A stretch of 64,000 nt of DNA from Candidatus Bathyarchaeota archaeon (GTDB lineage: Archaea; Thermoproteota; Bathyarchaeia; Bathyarchaeales; Bathycorpusculaceae), in the NCBI GenBank assembly GCA_963780185.1, contig CAWABA010000001.1, positions 32,001-96,000 on the forward strand, in the 5' to 3' direction. Below, piece by piece: positions 31,735 to 40,122 of this stretch; positions within the stretch are counted from its first letter, which is position 1; every line of letters starts with the position of its first letter. The notes beneath the pieces are model-generated. The model saw only the letters and a list, made by a program, of their open reading frames with translations, made no database searches and was not told where the DNA came from. Both the position numbers and the translations under genes were made by a program.

Positions 31735-31818
31735 TTCGCAGCCCTTTGTTGAAAAGACTTAAATAACTTGCGAATTTTATTCGGTAGGTAAAACAAAAGT
31801 TACAATGGTGTATCGAAC

Positions 31819-32724
31819 TTGAAATTTGGCGTATTTCTCTATCAACCCGAGCCTGTTGAAGGCGTCGACTACAACTTTTACCGACTAAAATCCGAATCAG
31901 GAATCGTCGGAAAACCAAACCCTGAAATGTACACTAACATCGCATGCTTCGGCGACAACTTTATGGCTGCAAAAAAGCCAGACTGGGTCTCCGTAAGCTC
32001 CTTTGGCCCTGCACTACGCACAAACAAACGATACAACCTCCGCTGGGACGTCGTATGCATGACTAACCCAGAAGCCCGCGAATACAACCTCAAAATCATC
32101 GCGGAAAGCGCAAAAGTCACCCCAGGCATAAGCATCAGCAGCCAACACTTCGCCGACCAAGGCTTCTGCACCTGCCCAAGATGCGTCAAAGAGCAGGCGA
32201 AGAGCGGATTGAGCTGGCTTGACTGGCGCGCAAAAGTCGTGACTGAATTTTTGGCTGAAGTCAAAGAAATCGTCTCAGGCAAACCCCTGTTCGTAAACTG
32301 CCTGCCTGACCCGTTACTCGGCAAGGTCCGTTTTGGCTACGACTTCGAAGCCATGGCGCAGTACGCAGACTACTTTGTCATCCCAATGTTCAGCAAAGCC
32401 TACCCAACCCCATGGTACTGGGAAACAATCGCAAGAGGCTACAAGAGCTTCCTAAAGAAGCCTGTCTACGTGAACTTTTACGTCCGCGGACCAAACGAAA
32501 CATGGGACACAGTGGCACCAGCAGACCAAATCATGACAGTTGCAACCAGAGTAGCTCGCCAAGGAATCGACGGAATAATCTTCCTAGCAGAAAAAGCCGA
32601 CTACATAAGAGAATTCCAGAAGAAATGTGTGGAGAATAAAGAAAAGCGTGAGTTCCTTAAAGGCCACAACGGCGACGAAGTCCTCGAACTCTTCAATCGA
32701 TGGGAAAAGATGCTAAAAGCATAG
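31819..32724 (+). CDS. Uncharacterised putative TIM-barrel protein with CxCxxC, paralogue of 28715..29599
   Basis: FCTCPRC; motifs shared with 28715..29599. Confidence 0.75.
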   Translation: MKFGVFLYQPEPVEGVDYNFYRLKSESGIVGKPNPEMYTNIACFGDNFMAAKKPDWVSVSSFGPALRTNKRYNLRWDVVCMTNPEAREYNLKIIAESAKVTPGISISSQHFADQGFCTCPRCVKEQAKSGLSWLDWRAKVVTEFLAEVKEIVSGKPLFVNCLPDPLLGKVRFGYDFEAMAQYADYFVIPMFSKAYPTPWYWETIARGYKSFLKKPVYVNFYVRGPNETWDTVAPADQIMTVATRVARQGIDGIIFLAEKADYIREFQKKCVENKEKREFLKGHNGDEVLELFNRWEKMLKA

Positions 32725-32819
32725 CATCCCACAATTCTTCCCTATTTTATTTTTTGTTTTTTGGCAACTTTAGGTTAACAGGGTTGTTTTATACAAAAAC
32801 ATAAATCCTACTTGTTCCG

Positions 32820-35800
32820 ATGCCCTCCACTGAGGAACATACGTTGAACCCTAAAGGCATCGTTTGCGTTTGTTTACTAATAATCATTCTTGCCCCGTCC
32901 ACAGCTATTTTAGTTAACCTGTCGATTAAAAGTTCAGTTGCGTCTCCCAACCGAGATGTAAACATCGTCCAGCCTGACTTGCAAACTCCGCAGGTGACAG
33001 AGCACAAAGTCACATCTGCTGAACTTGCCCAACTGGAAAATGACGAAGGCGTCTTTGAAGCCGACGCGAGCCCAGCAACGCCAGCCGACGGGTTAGGCGG
33101 AGACGCCCATCCTCCAACTGCTCAGGAATGGGCTTCGATAGCGCCCGACGCTTACCTCGTCGCCAGCATCACTTCCCCCTGCGTGGTACCCGCCAGCGTA
33201 GACAACTCCCAGACGCCTTGGTTTCCGCCGATTGGCGTGCAAAACCACGGTTGCAACGCCTTCTCAGTTGCTTATTACACCAAGACTTTTCAGGAGGCAA
33301 AGGAACACGGCTGGGATCTCAGCGGCGCAAGGTGGCAGGGCTTTAGCTCGGGCAGCTACGGCTACCCCACGGCAAGCTACCAAAACGAAATAATGAGTCC
33401 CGCCTTCGTATACAACCTCGATGACCCTTCAGGCTCGATAGAGAGCACCATCAGCTTGGTCTGTAACATCGGCGACTGCACTTGGGCTGCGATGCCCTAC
33501 GACGGGAACAACTGGACAGGCTGGCCCTCTGAAGCTGCTTGGACGCAGGCAGCCTACTACCGAGGCAACAGCACAACAAACTACCAATACATCGACTTAA
33601 CCACAAACGCTGGGTTAAACAACCTGAAAAACTGGTTAGCCAACCAAAACTTAGCCTCAATCTACATCAACGCTTCAGCGTTAACACCAAGCAGCCTTAC
33701 ACCTCAAGACTTCTTGACGCTGGACAACTACAGCCCATCAACAGCATCGTCAACCGATCACGTTAACACCATCGTCGGGTACGACGACACCATAAGCTAC
33801 ACCGAAAACGGCTCCACCCATTACGGTGCATTTAAGATAGCAAATTCTTGGGGCGCAGGCGTCTACAACTGGGAAAACATCCCTGACGGGTTCTACTGGA
33901 TATCCTACGCGGCCATGGAGCAAAGAATCAAAACCTGCCTCTTCTACAACGGCATGGTAGGGTACCAGCCGACCTTAACCGTATCCTTCAAAATCGTGGA
34001 CGACAAAAGAAGCGACTGCACCATAACAGTCGGCGTCGGCTCAACCACCTCGCCGATTGCAACCAAATCTTTCAGCAACTTCGTCAGCGGCTACCCCTAC
34101 CCATACAGCCCAAACGACCGTCTCCCATTTCCCGGCAACAACATAGTATTTGACATCACAGAATTCGAAAATTCCTTGCCAACCCTAAGCGGCCAAACCT
34201 TCTGGCTTAAAGTCGACGACGACGGCTCCGCGCCGGGGATAATCGCCAATTTTGCAGTGAACTCATCAATAGGCTATCAAGCTTCCACCAACGTGCCCTG
34301 TCCCCTTGTCAACCACGGCTCCACAATCGTGTATGTCACTTTGCCTTCGTCAGCATCCTTCACCGTGTCCCCGAATCTGGGTCCACCTGGCGGAGCTGTA
34401 ATCTTGCAGGCTGCAGGGCTAACCCACAGCGGGACAGCAACCCTCACCTACCTCAACCCACAAAGCAACCAATGGGTCACTGTAGCCAACAACGTAGCAA
34501 TTTCCAGTTCAGGCGCCTTCATCTACAGCTTGAACACTCCTGACCTGCTGAGAAACAACATCGCAGGCGACCACACTGCTGGGTCGGACACCATAGTTTT
34601 TAGGGTGCAGGACAGCGGCGGTTTATCCTACAACAGCTCAGTACCTTACACTGAAATGGCGAGGGCGCTGCTCCGAGTTGGAAACAACTTTGCCTCTAAA
34701 ACCTACGGAAACAACACAGATTTAACCGCCACTGTTTCAACAAGCGTAGGCAAATCGCTGAGCATAGCGGGCTGCTGGTTCCAACCTGGCACAGCTGCGT
34801 TGCTGTGGGATAACACGGCGGTTTCCACTGGGCTCTTGGTGGATGAAGACGGAGGCGTCAGCACGACCTTCACTGTGCCCGTCTCTAACGCTGGAGCACA
34901 CGTCGTAACCTTGCAGGATGGAAACGCCAAACTCAGCGTAAGCGTTACAGTCGTCCCTGTGCCGCCGCTGTTCGCGGTTGCTAACGGTGTTGTCTACACT
35001 TACCAGTCGGGAACCATAAGCGCCACCCAAGCTTCTTCTGGAACCCAACTGTGGTCTATCACAACCGCGATTACCCCTTGCTGCTTGGCGGCGGACAACA
35101 ACGCAGTTTACCTCGGCTCAACCAGCGGGTTAACCGCCCTAAGCATCACTTCAAAAACAACTCTCTGGACCATGACTTCAGCCTATTATCAGAACGCCTT
35201 CTCCCTGTCAGTTTTCGGCGGAGCCGTCTACGAGGGCACAACCTCAGGCTATTTTTTGGGTTTAGACCCCAACACTGGGCAAATCGTTGGTCCAGACACA
35301 GGTTACTATGGAAGTTTACCCACAGCCACCGTAGCCGCCAACGGCATCGTTTACCTCGCACTTTGGGATGGAGCCCTCAGAGCCTACACGGTTCCTGGAA
35401 CAATCTACTGGCGGTCCGACACATACAGCGGCACACCGTGGGTTTCGCTTGCACTCGACAACGGCCTGCTCTATGCAGGCGCGGGCAACCAAATTTATGC
35501 TTTTAACGCAAGCAACGGCAACCTAAACTGGTCAAACAATGTCGGGACAGCAGGCAACGTTTCTTTGTCGGCGGGCAACGGGCAGGTCTACGCGTCTTTA
35601 GGCAGTCAAATTTACGCTTTAAGCGAAAGCAACGGCGGTATCGAATGGTCTGAAACTCTAAGTTCAGCTGTCTCTTCGCCCACGGCTGGTTCAGGCGTGT
35701 TGTTCGCAGCCGTAGGAAACCAGCTTGAAGCCTTAACATCGTCAGGAACATTGTCTTGGTCGTATCAAGCTGGCGGCACAGTGTCCTCATTCGTCGTCAC

Positions 35801-36251
35801 CAATGGGTTGGCGTATGCAACCTCAAGTGACGGAGACTTAACCGTCGTCAACACTTCCAACGGACAGAAAGTTTGGGACCTGTTAACTGAGCCTTCGTCC
35901 ACGCCTTCTCCATCGCCGAGCCCTACACCTACCCCAACTCCTACGCCTTCACCCACTCCAGCGCCAACCTCTTCGCAAACCGCCCCCGCAGCCTCGACGT
36001 CCCCAACATCGGCACCCCAAACTTCTCCATCTGCCTCGCCAACGGCAACCGCTACCCCCACCAAAACAACCACAGCCACACCGACGTCGACTCCCATCGC
36101 TGAACTGCCGAACGCAACCGTCTACCTAATCCTTGCACCAATCGGGATAACCGCTCTAGTTGCCGCGTCCATTGTGACTTTGAAGAAGAAACAAGACTCC
36201 AAGCGCCCAACAAAAAAGAACTTAAATGGTAACGATGAGGCGAAGCTTTAG
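32820..36251 (+). CDS. Cell-surface papain-like (C1A) cysteine protease + Ig-like + PQQ-type beta-propeller + PT linker + TM
   Basis: PPIGVQNHGCNAFS (Cys), DHVNTIVGYDD (His), KIANSWG (Asn), GFYWISY; propeller repeats YAFNASNGNLNWS. Confidence 0.85.
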   Translation: MPSTEEHTLNPKGIVCVCLLIIILAPSTAILVNLSIKSSVASPNRDVNIVQPDLQTPQVTEHKVTSAELAQLENDEGVFEADASPATPADGLGGDAHPPTAQEWASIAPDAYLVASITSPCVVPASVDNSQTPWFPPIGVQNHGCNAFSVAYYTKTFQEAKEHGWDLSGARWQGFSSGSYGYPTASYQNEIMSPAFVYNLDDPSGSIESTISLVCNIGDCTWAAMPYDGNNWTGWPSEAAWTQAAYYRGNSTTNYQYIDLTTNAGLNNLKNWLANQNLASIYINASALTPSSLTPQDFLTLDNYSPSTASSTDHVNTIVGYDDTISYTENGSTHYGAFKIANSWGAGVYNWENIPDGFYWISYAAMEQRIKTCLFYNGMVGYQPTLTVSFKIVDDKRSDCTITVGVGSTTSPIATKSFSNFVSGYPYPYSPNDRLPFPGNNIVFDITEFENSLPTLSGQTFWLKVDDDGSAPGIIANFAVNSSIGYQASTNVPCPLVNHGSTIVYVTLPSSASFTVSPNLGPPGGAVILQAAGLTHSGTATLTYLNPQSNQWVTVANNVAISSSGAFIYSLNTPDLLRNNIAGDHTAGSDTIVFRVQDSGGLSYNSSVPYTEMARALLRVGNNFASKTYGNNTDLTATVSTSVGKSLSIAGCWFQPGTAALLWDNTAVSTGLLVDEDGGVSTTFTVPVSNAGAHVVTLQDGNAKLSVSVTVVPVPPLFAVANGVVYTYQSGTISATQASSGTQLWSITTAITPCCLAADNNAVYLGSTSGLTALSITSKTTLWTMTSAYYQNAFSLSVFGGAVYEGTTSGYFLGLDPNTGQIVGPDTGYYGSLPTATVAANGIVYLALWDGALRAYTVPGTIYWRSDTYSGTPWVSLALDNGLLYAGAGNQIYAFNASNGNLNWSNNVGTAGNVSLSAGNGQVYASLGSQIYALSESNGGIEWSETLSSAVSSPTAGSGVLFAAVGNQLEALTSSGTLSWSYQAGGTVSSFVVTNGLAYATSSDGDLTVVNTSNGQKVWDLLTEPSSTPSPSPSPTPTPTPTPSPTPAPTSSQTAPAASTSPTSAPQTSPSASPTATATPTKTTTATPTSTPIAELPNATVYLILAPIGITALVAASIVTLKKKQDSKRPTKKNLNGNDEAKL

Positions 36252-36266
36252 CGTTCCTGCAGGCTT

Positions 36267-37463
36267 TCACATGAAGTATCCTCTGGCTTCAAACAGAATG
36301 CAGCCAATCACTAGCAATCCCATGCTAACCCATAGAATCGCTCCTCCAGCCCAACGGTTTTTCCTGTAGATCAGGGCTGACACCCAGTATATCGGCAGCA
36401 TTGGCACGGCATAACGAACAGTGCTGTAGACTAATGAGTCAGACAGCAAAATAACCGTCATGGCGGCGTAGAAAGCCCAGTACTTTAGCAAGTCTGCTTC
36501 CCGCTTCAAATTGACCTCAGCTGACCCTGAAAGTGCATGGCTGACAAAGTATGCGGCAGGCAGCAAAATCAGTGCCAAGCCGACTCCGTAGAATAAGCTG
36601 TAGCCGGGGTTAATGCTCCCAAATTGTTGCCACAAGAACGGGTAACTCTTCCAGTAAAGGGTGCGTGTTAAAACGGTAATCGGGAAAAACCCTCCAGCAG
36701 ACACGTAACCTATCAACTGGAATATCAGGAATGGCGACGCAACAATCGCTGAGCACACTGAGAGTCGGACGGCTTTGGACTTGTTTTTAACGGATTGAAT
36801 CGCATAGATAAGGAACGGTATGAATACCAAGAAGCCGTCACTTCTTGTAAAAGACGCCAAGAAACCAAACAGGGCTGCAATTGGCAGTTTATCTTCTTCA
36901 AGAAAGTAAAAGGCTGCCAAGGCTAAAGCCATGAATAACGCTTCACTGTAAATGGCGGAGTAAAATACTGTTCCACCCCAAAACGAGAAGAACACTGTAG
37001 AGATCAAGGCTAATCGGGCTGAATTGAAGATTTTTTTCGTTAGCTTAAAGAAGAAATACACACTAAGAAAGAAAGCCACATTGCTTACTACAAAGCCTGC
37101 CAAATCTACTGCGTTGGCTACAGAAGAGAACGGCATGAAAAGCAATGACACTACTCTCATGGTGGCGGGATATAACGGAAAGAAAGCCCATTCGGGTCTA
37201 ATCAGGGGAGTAACGAACGAGGAACCGACGCTCTTGCCAAACCAATAAACGAGGTCCGGGTAGCCGCTGCGGTAACCGTAATTGGCTATGCTTATGTAGT
37301 ACCTTGAATCCCACCTGTCAAATAAGCTCACTATTGGGAGTTTAGATTGGTCGGCTGCAAGGTTTCTGGTTGGGTTAAGAAGAAGGCTGGTGATGATGAC
37401 AACCGCTATGACTAATATGCGGGAGCTTAAGCCGATGAGCAGAGCCTTATGCGTATCTTTCAT
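36267..37463 (-). CDS. GT-C mannosyltransferase, PIG-V/Mannosyl_trans2-like
   Basis: RWDSRYYISIANYGY, AFFPLYP, YSEALF, LASFTRSDG; likely ATG at 37463. Confidence 0.85.
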   Translation of the reverse strand: MKDTHKALLIGLSSRILVIAVVIITSLLLNPTRNLAADQSKLPIVSLFDRWDSRYYISIANYGYRSGYPDLVYWFGKSVGSSFVTPLIRPEWAFFPLYPATMRVVSLLFMPFSSVANAVDLAGFVVSNVAFFLSVYFFFKLTKKIFNSARLALISTVFFSFWGGTVFYSAIYSEALFMALALAAFYFLEEDKLPIAALFGFLASFTRSDGFLVFIPFLIYAIQSVKNKSKAVRLSVCSAIVASPFLIFQLIGYVSAGGFFPITVLTRTLYWKSYPFLWQQFGSINPGYSLFYGVGLALILLPAAYFVSHALSGSAEVNLKREADLLKYWAFYAAMTVILLSDSLVYSTVRYAVPMLPIYWVSALIYRKNRWAGGAILWVSMGLLVIGCILFEARGYFM

Positions 37464-37602
37464 GGTAAAGTGACCTGTACGAGTGGGTTTTTCCACAGCG
37501 TTTCTGGAGTTCTTAATCCCGCTTGACAGCAAATTTGCATTTAAGCATTTACTAAATTTCGCCGTCGGGCTGTCGGCTAGCAACGCGCAAGGGTGCCGCA
37601 GC

Positions 37603-37683
37603 ATGGAATGGCGCAGGGAACCTGAAGGCTACGGCGAAGACGAAGAGCTTGAACTCTTCAACCGCAGGGAAAAACTAGGCTAA
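37603..37683 (+). pseudogene. Diverged remnant of the 3' end of gene 31819..32724
   Basis: GYGEDEELELFNRREKLG* versus GHNGDEVLELFNRWEKMLKA*. Confidence 0.55.
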
Positions 37684-37714
37684 ACTCCACCGTCTTTTCC
37701 TTTCTTTCCTTCAA

Positions 37715-38284
37715 TTAAGCAGGGTATTTCTTTTCTTCGATAGTGGTTCCTGAGATTGTTATTAGAACGGCATTTCCGTTTACGGAAGCAATGGTGTGTT
37801 TTTTGCCGAGTTTGTAGAATCGGCTGAATTTCTCTGGAATCTCAAAAACCATCTTGCCCTTCTCCCTTCTTAAGAGAATTTCCCCTGTGAAGGCGGCGGA
37901 TTCTTTCCATTCTGGTTTTTCAGCGCTTGCGATTCCGATAGTGTTGCTGTCTAATGCATAGATGAAGGCACCTTTGCCCCAATTCCCAATTTCGGGTTGG
38001 AGCTGTTTGGCTGGGATTTCGATGGTGTTTGGGGGTTTGGTTTCTCTTGGGTAGAGGGTTTGTTTTGGGCAGATGAGGTTGACTATTCTGCCGCCTCTTT
38101 CTGTGTGGTTGATGGTGATGAGTCCTTGGTTGAGGAGCCTGCGGATTGAGCCGTCGGTTCTTCCGCTTTTCCACTCCAGATGCTTGGCAAGTTCGTACTC
38201 GGATAGCCCTGGGTACATTATTATGGCTTGGAGTAGGAGGTTGTCTGATTCTTTGCCTCTTATGTTTTGGGTTGGTTGCCGCAT
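37715..38284 (-). CDS. Winged-helix DNA-binding protein
   Basis: YPGLSEYELAKHLEWKSGRTDGSIRRLLNQGLI. Confidence 0.75.
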   Translation of the reverse strand: MRQPTQNIRGKESDNLLLQAIIMYPGLSEYELAKHLEWKSGRTDGSIRRLLNQGLITINHTERGGRIVNLICPKQTLYPRETKPPNTIEIPAKQLQPEIGNWGKGAFIYALDSNTIGIASAEKPEWKESAAFTGEILLRREKGKMVFEIPEKFSRFYKLGKKHTIASVNGNAVLITISGTTIEEKKYPA

Positions 38285-38336
38285 AGGCGTTGTCTCCGCT
38301 GTTGCTTAAGGTTGAAGGCTTGATTCACAGATAAAC

Positions 38337-38514
38337 TTTTGAAATATTACAAAACTCCAAGCAGAACCAAACCCGATCCCCGCCTTTTCCAACCTAAACT
38401 CGCAAAAGAAACAAACCCCAAACCAAAAAAACAACCTAAAACAAGCCCCAAGCGGAAGCCACCTACCGAGGGAGGGGGTCTATTATTTACAACCAAAACC
38501 CGCCACAAAAATGG
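38337..38514 (+). repeat. Dispersed non-coding element, copy 1
   Basis: TTTTGAAATATTACAAAA ... CCGAGGGAGGGGGTCTATTATTTACAACCAAAA; homologous to 53045 and 61387. Confidence 0.9.
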
Positions 38515-38614
38515 AGTTCATCACTTAAACCGGCAAAGCCTCGCTTTTGGTCTATCTGCAAAACACATAATAGTTGGCGTAGCCGATTTGAATGATTATC
38601 GTCGGGGAAACAAC

Positions 38615-40084
38615 GTGAAGGCTCACGTAGTACTTGCAAATCCACCTTATCCAGAAGATGTGCCGCAAGCCGTCTTCATCCCGCTCGGCATCAGCTACCT
38701 GGTCGCGGTGCTTGAGCAAGACGGGTACGAAGTCGACGTGGTTGACTGCCAAGTTGCCAAACTCAGCCAGAAAGATTTGGAGGACAAGTTCAGAAGCCTC
38801 AAAGCCGACATCGTTGGTGCTACAGCTGCAACCGTCACTTACTTCCCCGCCCTGCAAGTCCTAAAAGCAGCCAAAGCCGCCCTGCCCAACTGCGTAACCA
38901 TGATTGGCGGACCACACGTCACGGTTTTGGACGAACGCACCTTCACAGACAGCTCAGACGTCGACATTGTGGTGCGGGGCGAAGGCGAACAAACTATGCT
39001 TGAGCTTGCACGCTTAGTATCCGACGGCAACCTGAAGGGCCTTGGCGAGGTTGCAGGCATCACATTCAAGCGGAACGGGCAAATCTTCCGCACCCCTGAC
39101 AGAACCTTCTTGGAAGATATTGATACGCTTCCTTACCCGGCGCACAAGCACTTTGACGTAAGCCGTTACCGAATCAACGGGAAACTTTACATGCCTATCA
39201 TCACCAGCCGCGGGTGCCCATTCAACTGCGCCTTCTGCTTGGCATCCAAAATGTGCGGCAAAGGCTTTAGGGCACGAAACCCCAAAAAAGTCGTCGACGA
39301 ACTTGAATGGCTAAGAGACACGTTTGGGGCAGGAGCCTTCGCTTTCTACGACGACACATTCACCTCCGACGTGCCGCGGGCAATCGCCATCTGCGACGAA
39401 ATGAAAGCAAGAGGATTCGACATGCCGTGGGATTGCCGAACGCGGGTAGACAAAGTCTCCAAGCCTCTGCTGGACAAGCTTAGGAGCACAAACTGCCAAC
39501 TCATCCATTTCGGCGTCGAGTCAGGCAGCCAACAAATGCTCAACCTCATGCGCAAAGGCACCACAGTTGAGCAGAACGCCGGCGCGATAAAGCTGGCTAA
39601 AGAATCAGACATCCTTGTCGCAATATCCCTTGTCATCGGCTACCCAACCGAAACACCTGAAATGCTCAAGCAAACCGCAGACTTCATCCGCAAAACCAAG
39701 CCTGACTACGTTTACATGTGCGAAGCCGTTCCGTACCCTGGCACTCTGCTTTACGATTACGTGAAGGAGTTGGGGTTGGAGTTTTCGGAAAACTGGAACC
39801 TGTACCATGAGCAAATGCAAGTCTTCAAAAACACTTTGCTGCCGCTTGAGAAGCTGGAGCAAACCAAAAAATCAGTCTATGACAGCATCTTCACGCCTAC
39901 GTATTACCTGCGGATGAGGCAGAGAGGAGATTTTCACAGTCAAATCATGGCTCGTATGGCGCTGAATCATCTTGTCTGGAAGTACAGGGCTACAAGATGG
40001 GCGTTTAGGCAACTGGGTAAAGTTAGACCAGTCAAGAAAAGCCCAGGCGGACACAGTACGCCAAGCAAAGACCAGCAAGACTAA
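38615..40084 (+). CDS. Cobalamin-binding radical SAM enzyme (class B / BchE-like)
   Basis: PLGISYL, GGPHVT, RGEGE, TSRGCPFNCAFC, GVESGS, PYPGT. Likely GTG start at 38615. Confidence 0.92.
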   Translation: MKAHVVLANPPYPEDVPQAVFIPLGISYLVAVLEQDGYEVDVVDCQVAKLSQKDLEDKFRSLKADIVGATAATVTYFPALQVLKAAKAALPNCVTMIGGPHVTVLDERTFTDSSDVDIVVRGEGEQTMLELARLVSDGNLKGLGEVAGITFKRNGQIFRTPDRTFLEDIDTLPYPAHKHFDVSRYRINGKLYMPIITSRGCPFNCAFCLASKMCGKGFRARNPKKVVDELEWLRDTFGAGAFAFYDDTFTSDVPRAIAICDEMKARGFDMPWDCRTRVDKVSKPLLDKLRSTNCQLIHFGVESGSQQMLNLMRKGTTVEQNAGAIKLAKESDILVAISLVIGYPTETPEMLKQTADFIRKTKPDYVYMCEAVPYPGTLLYDYVKELGLEFSENWNLYHEQMQVFKNTLLPLEKLEQTKKSVYDSIFTPTYYLRMRQRGDFHSQIMARMALNHLVWKYRATRWAFRQLGKVRPVKKSPGGHSTPSKDQQD

Positions 40085-40122
40085 AAAATCAGCGGCAGAG
40101 GCAAACAGCCAACTTTTGGCAT

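Noticed and set aside
38466-38480. G-box as an archaeal origin recognition box (ORB)
   Set aside because: It has a G-string but lacks the TCCA..GAAAC core, and no cdc6/orc1 is nearby.
38339-38614. Lys/Pro-rich 92-aa N-terminal extension of the B12-rSAM, and small ORFs 52991..53191 and 61322..61591 as RiPP precursors
   Set aside because: They are translations of the dispersed repeat. Starts and stops are not conserved between copies.
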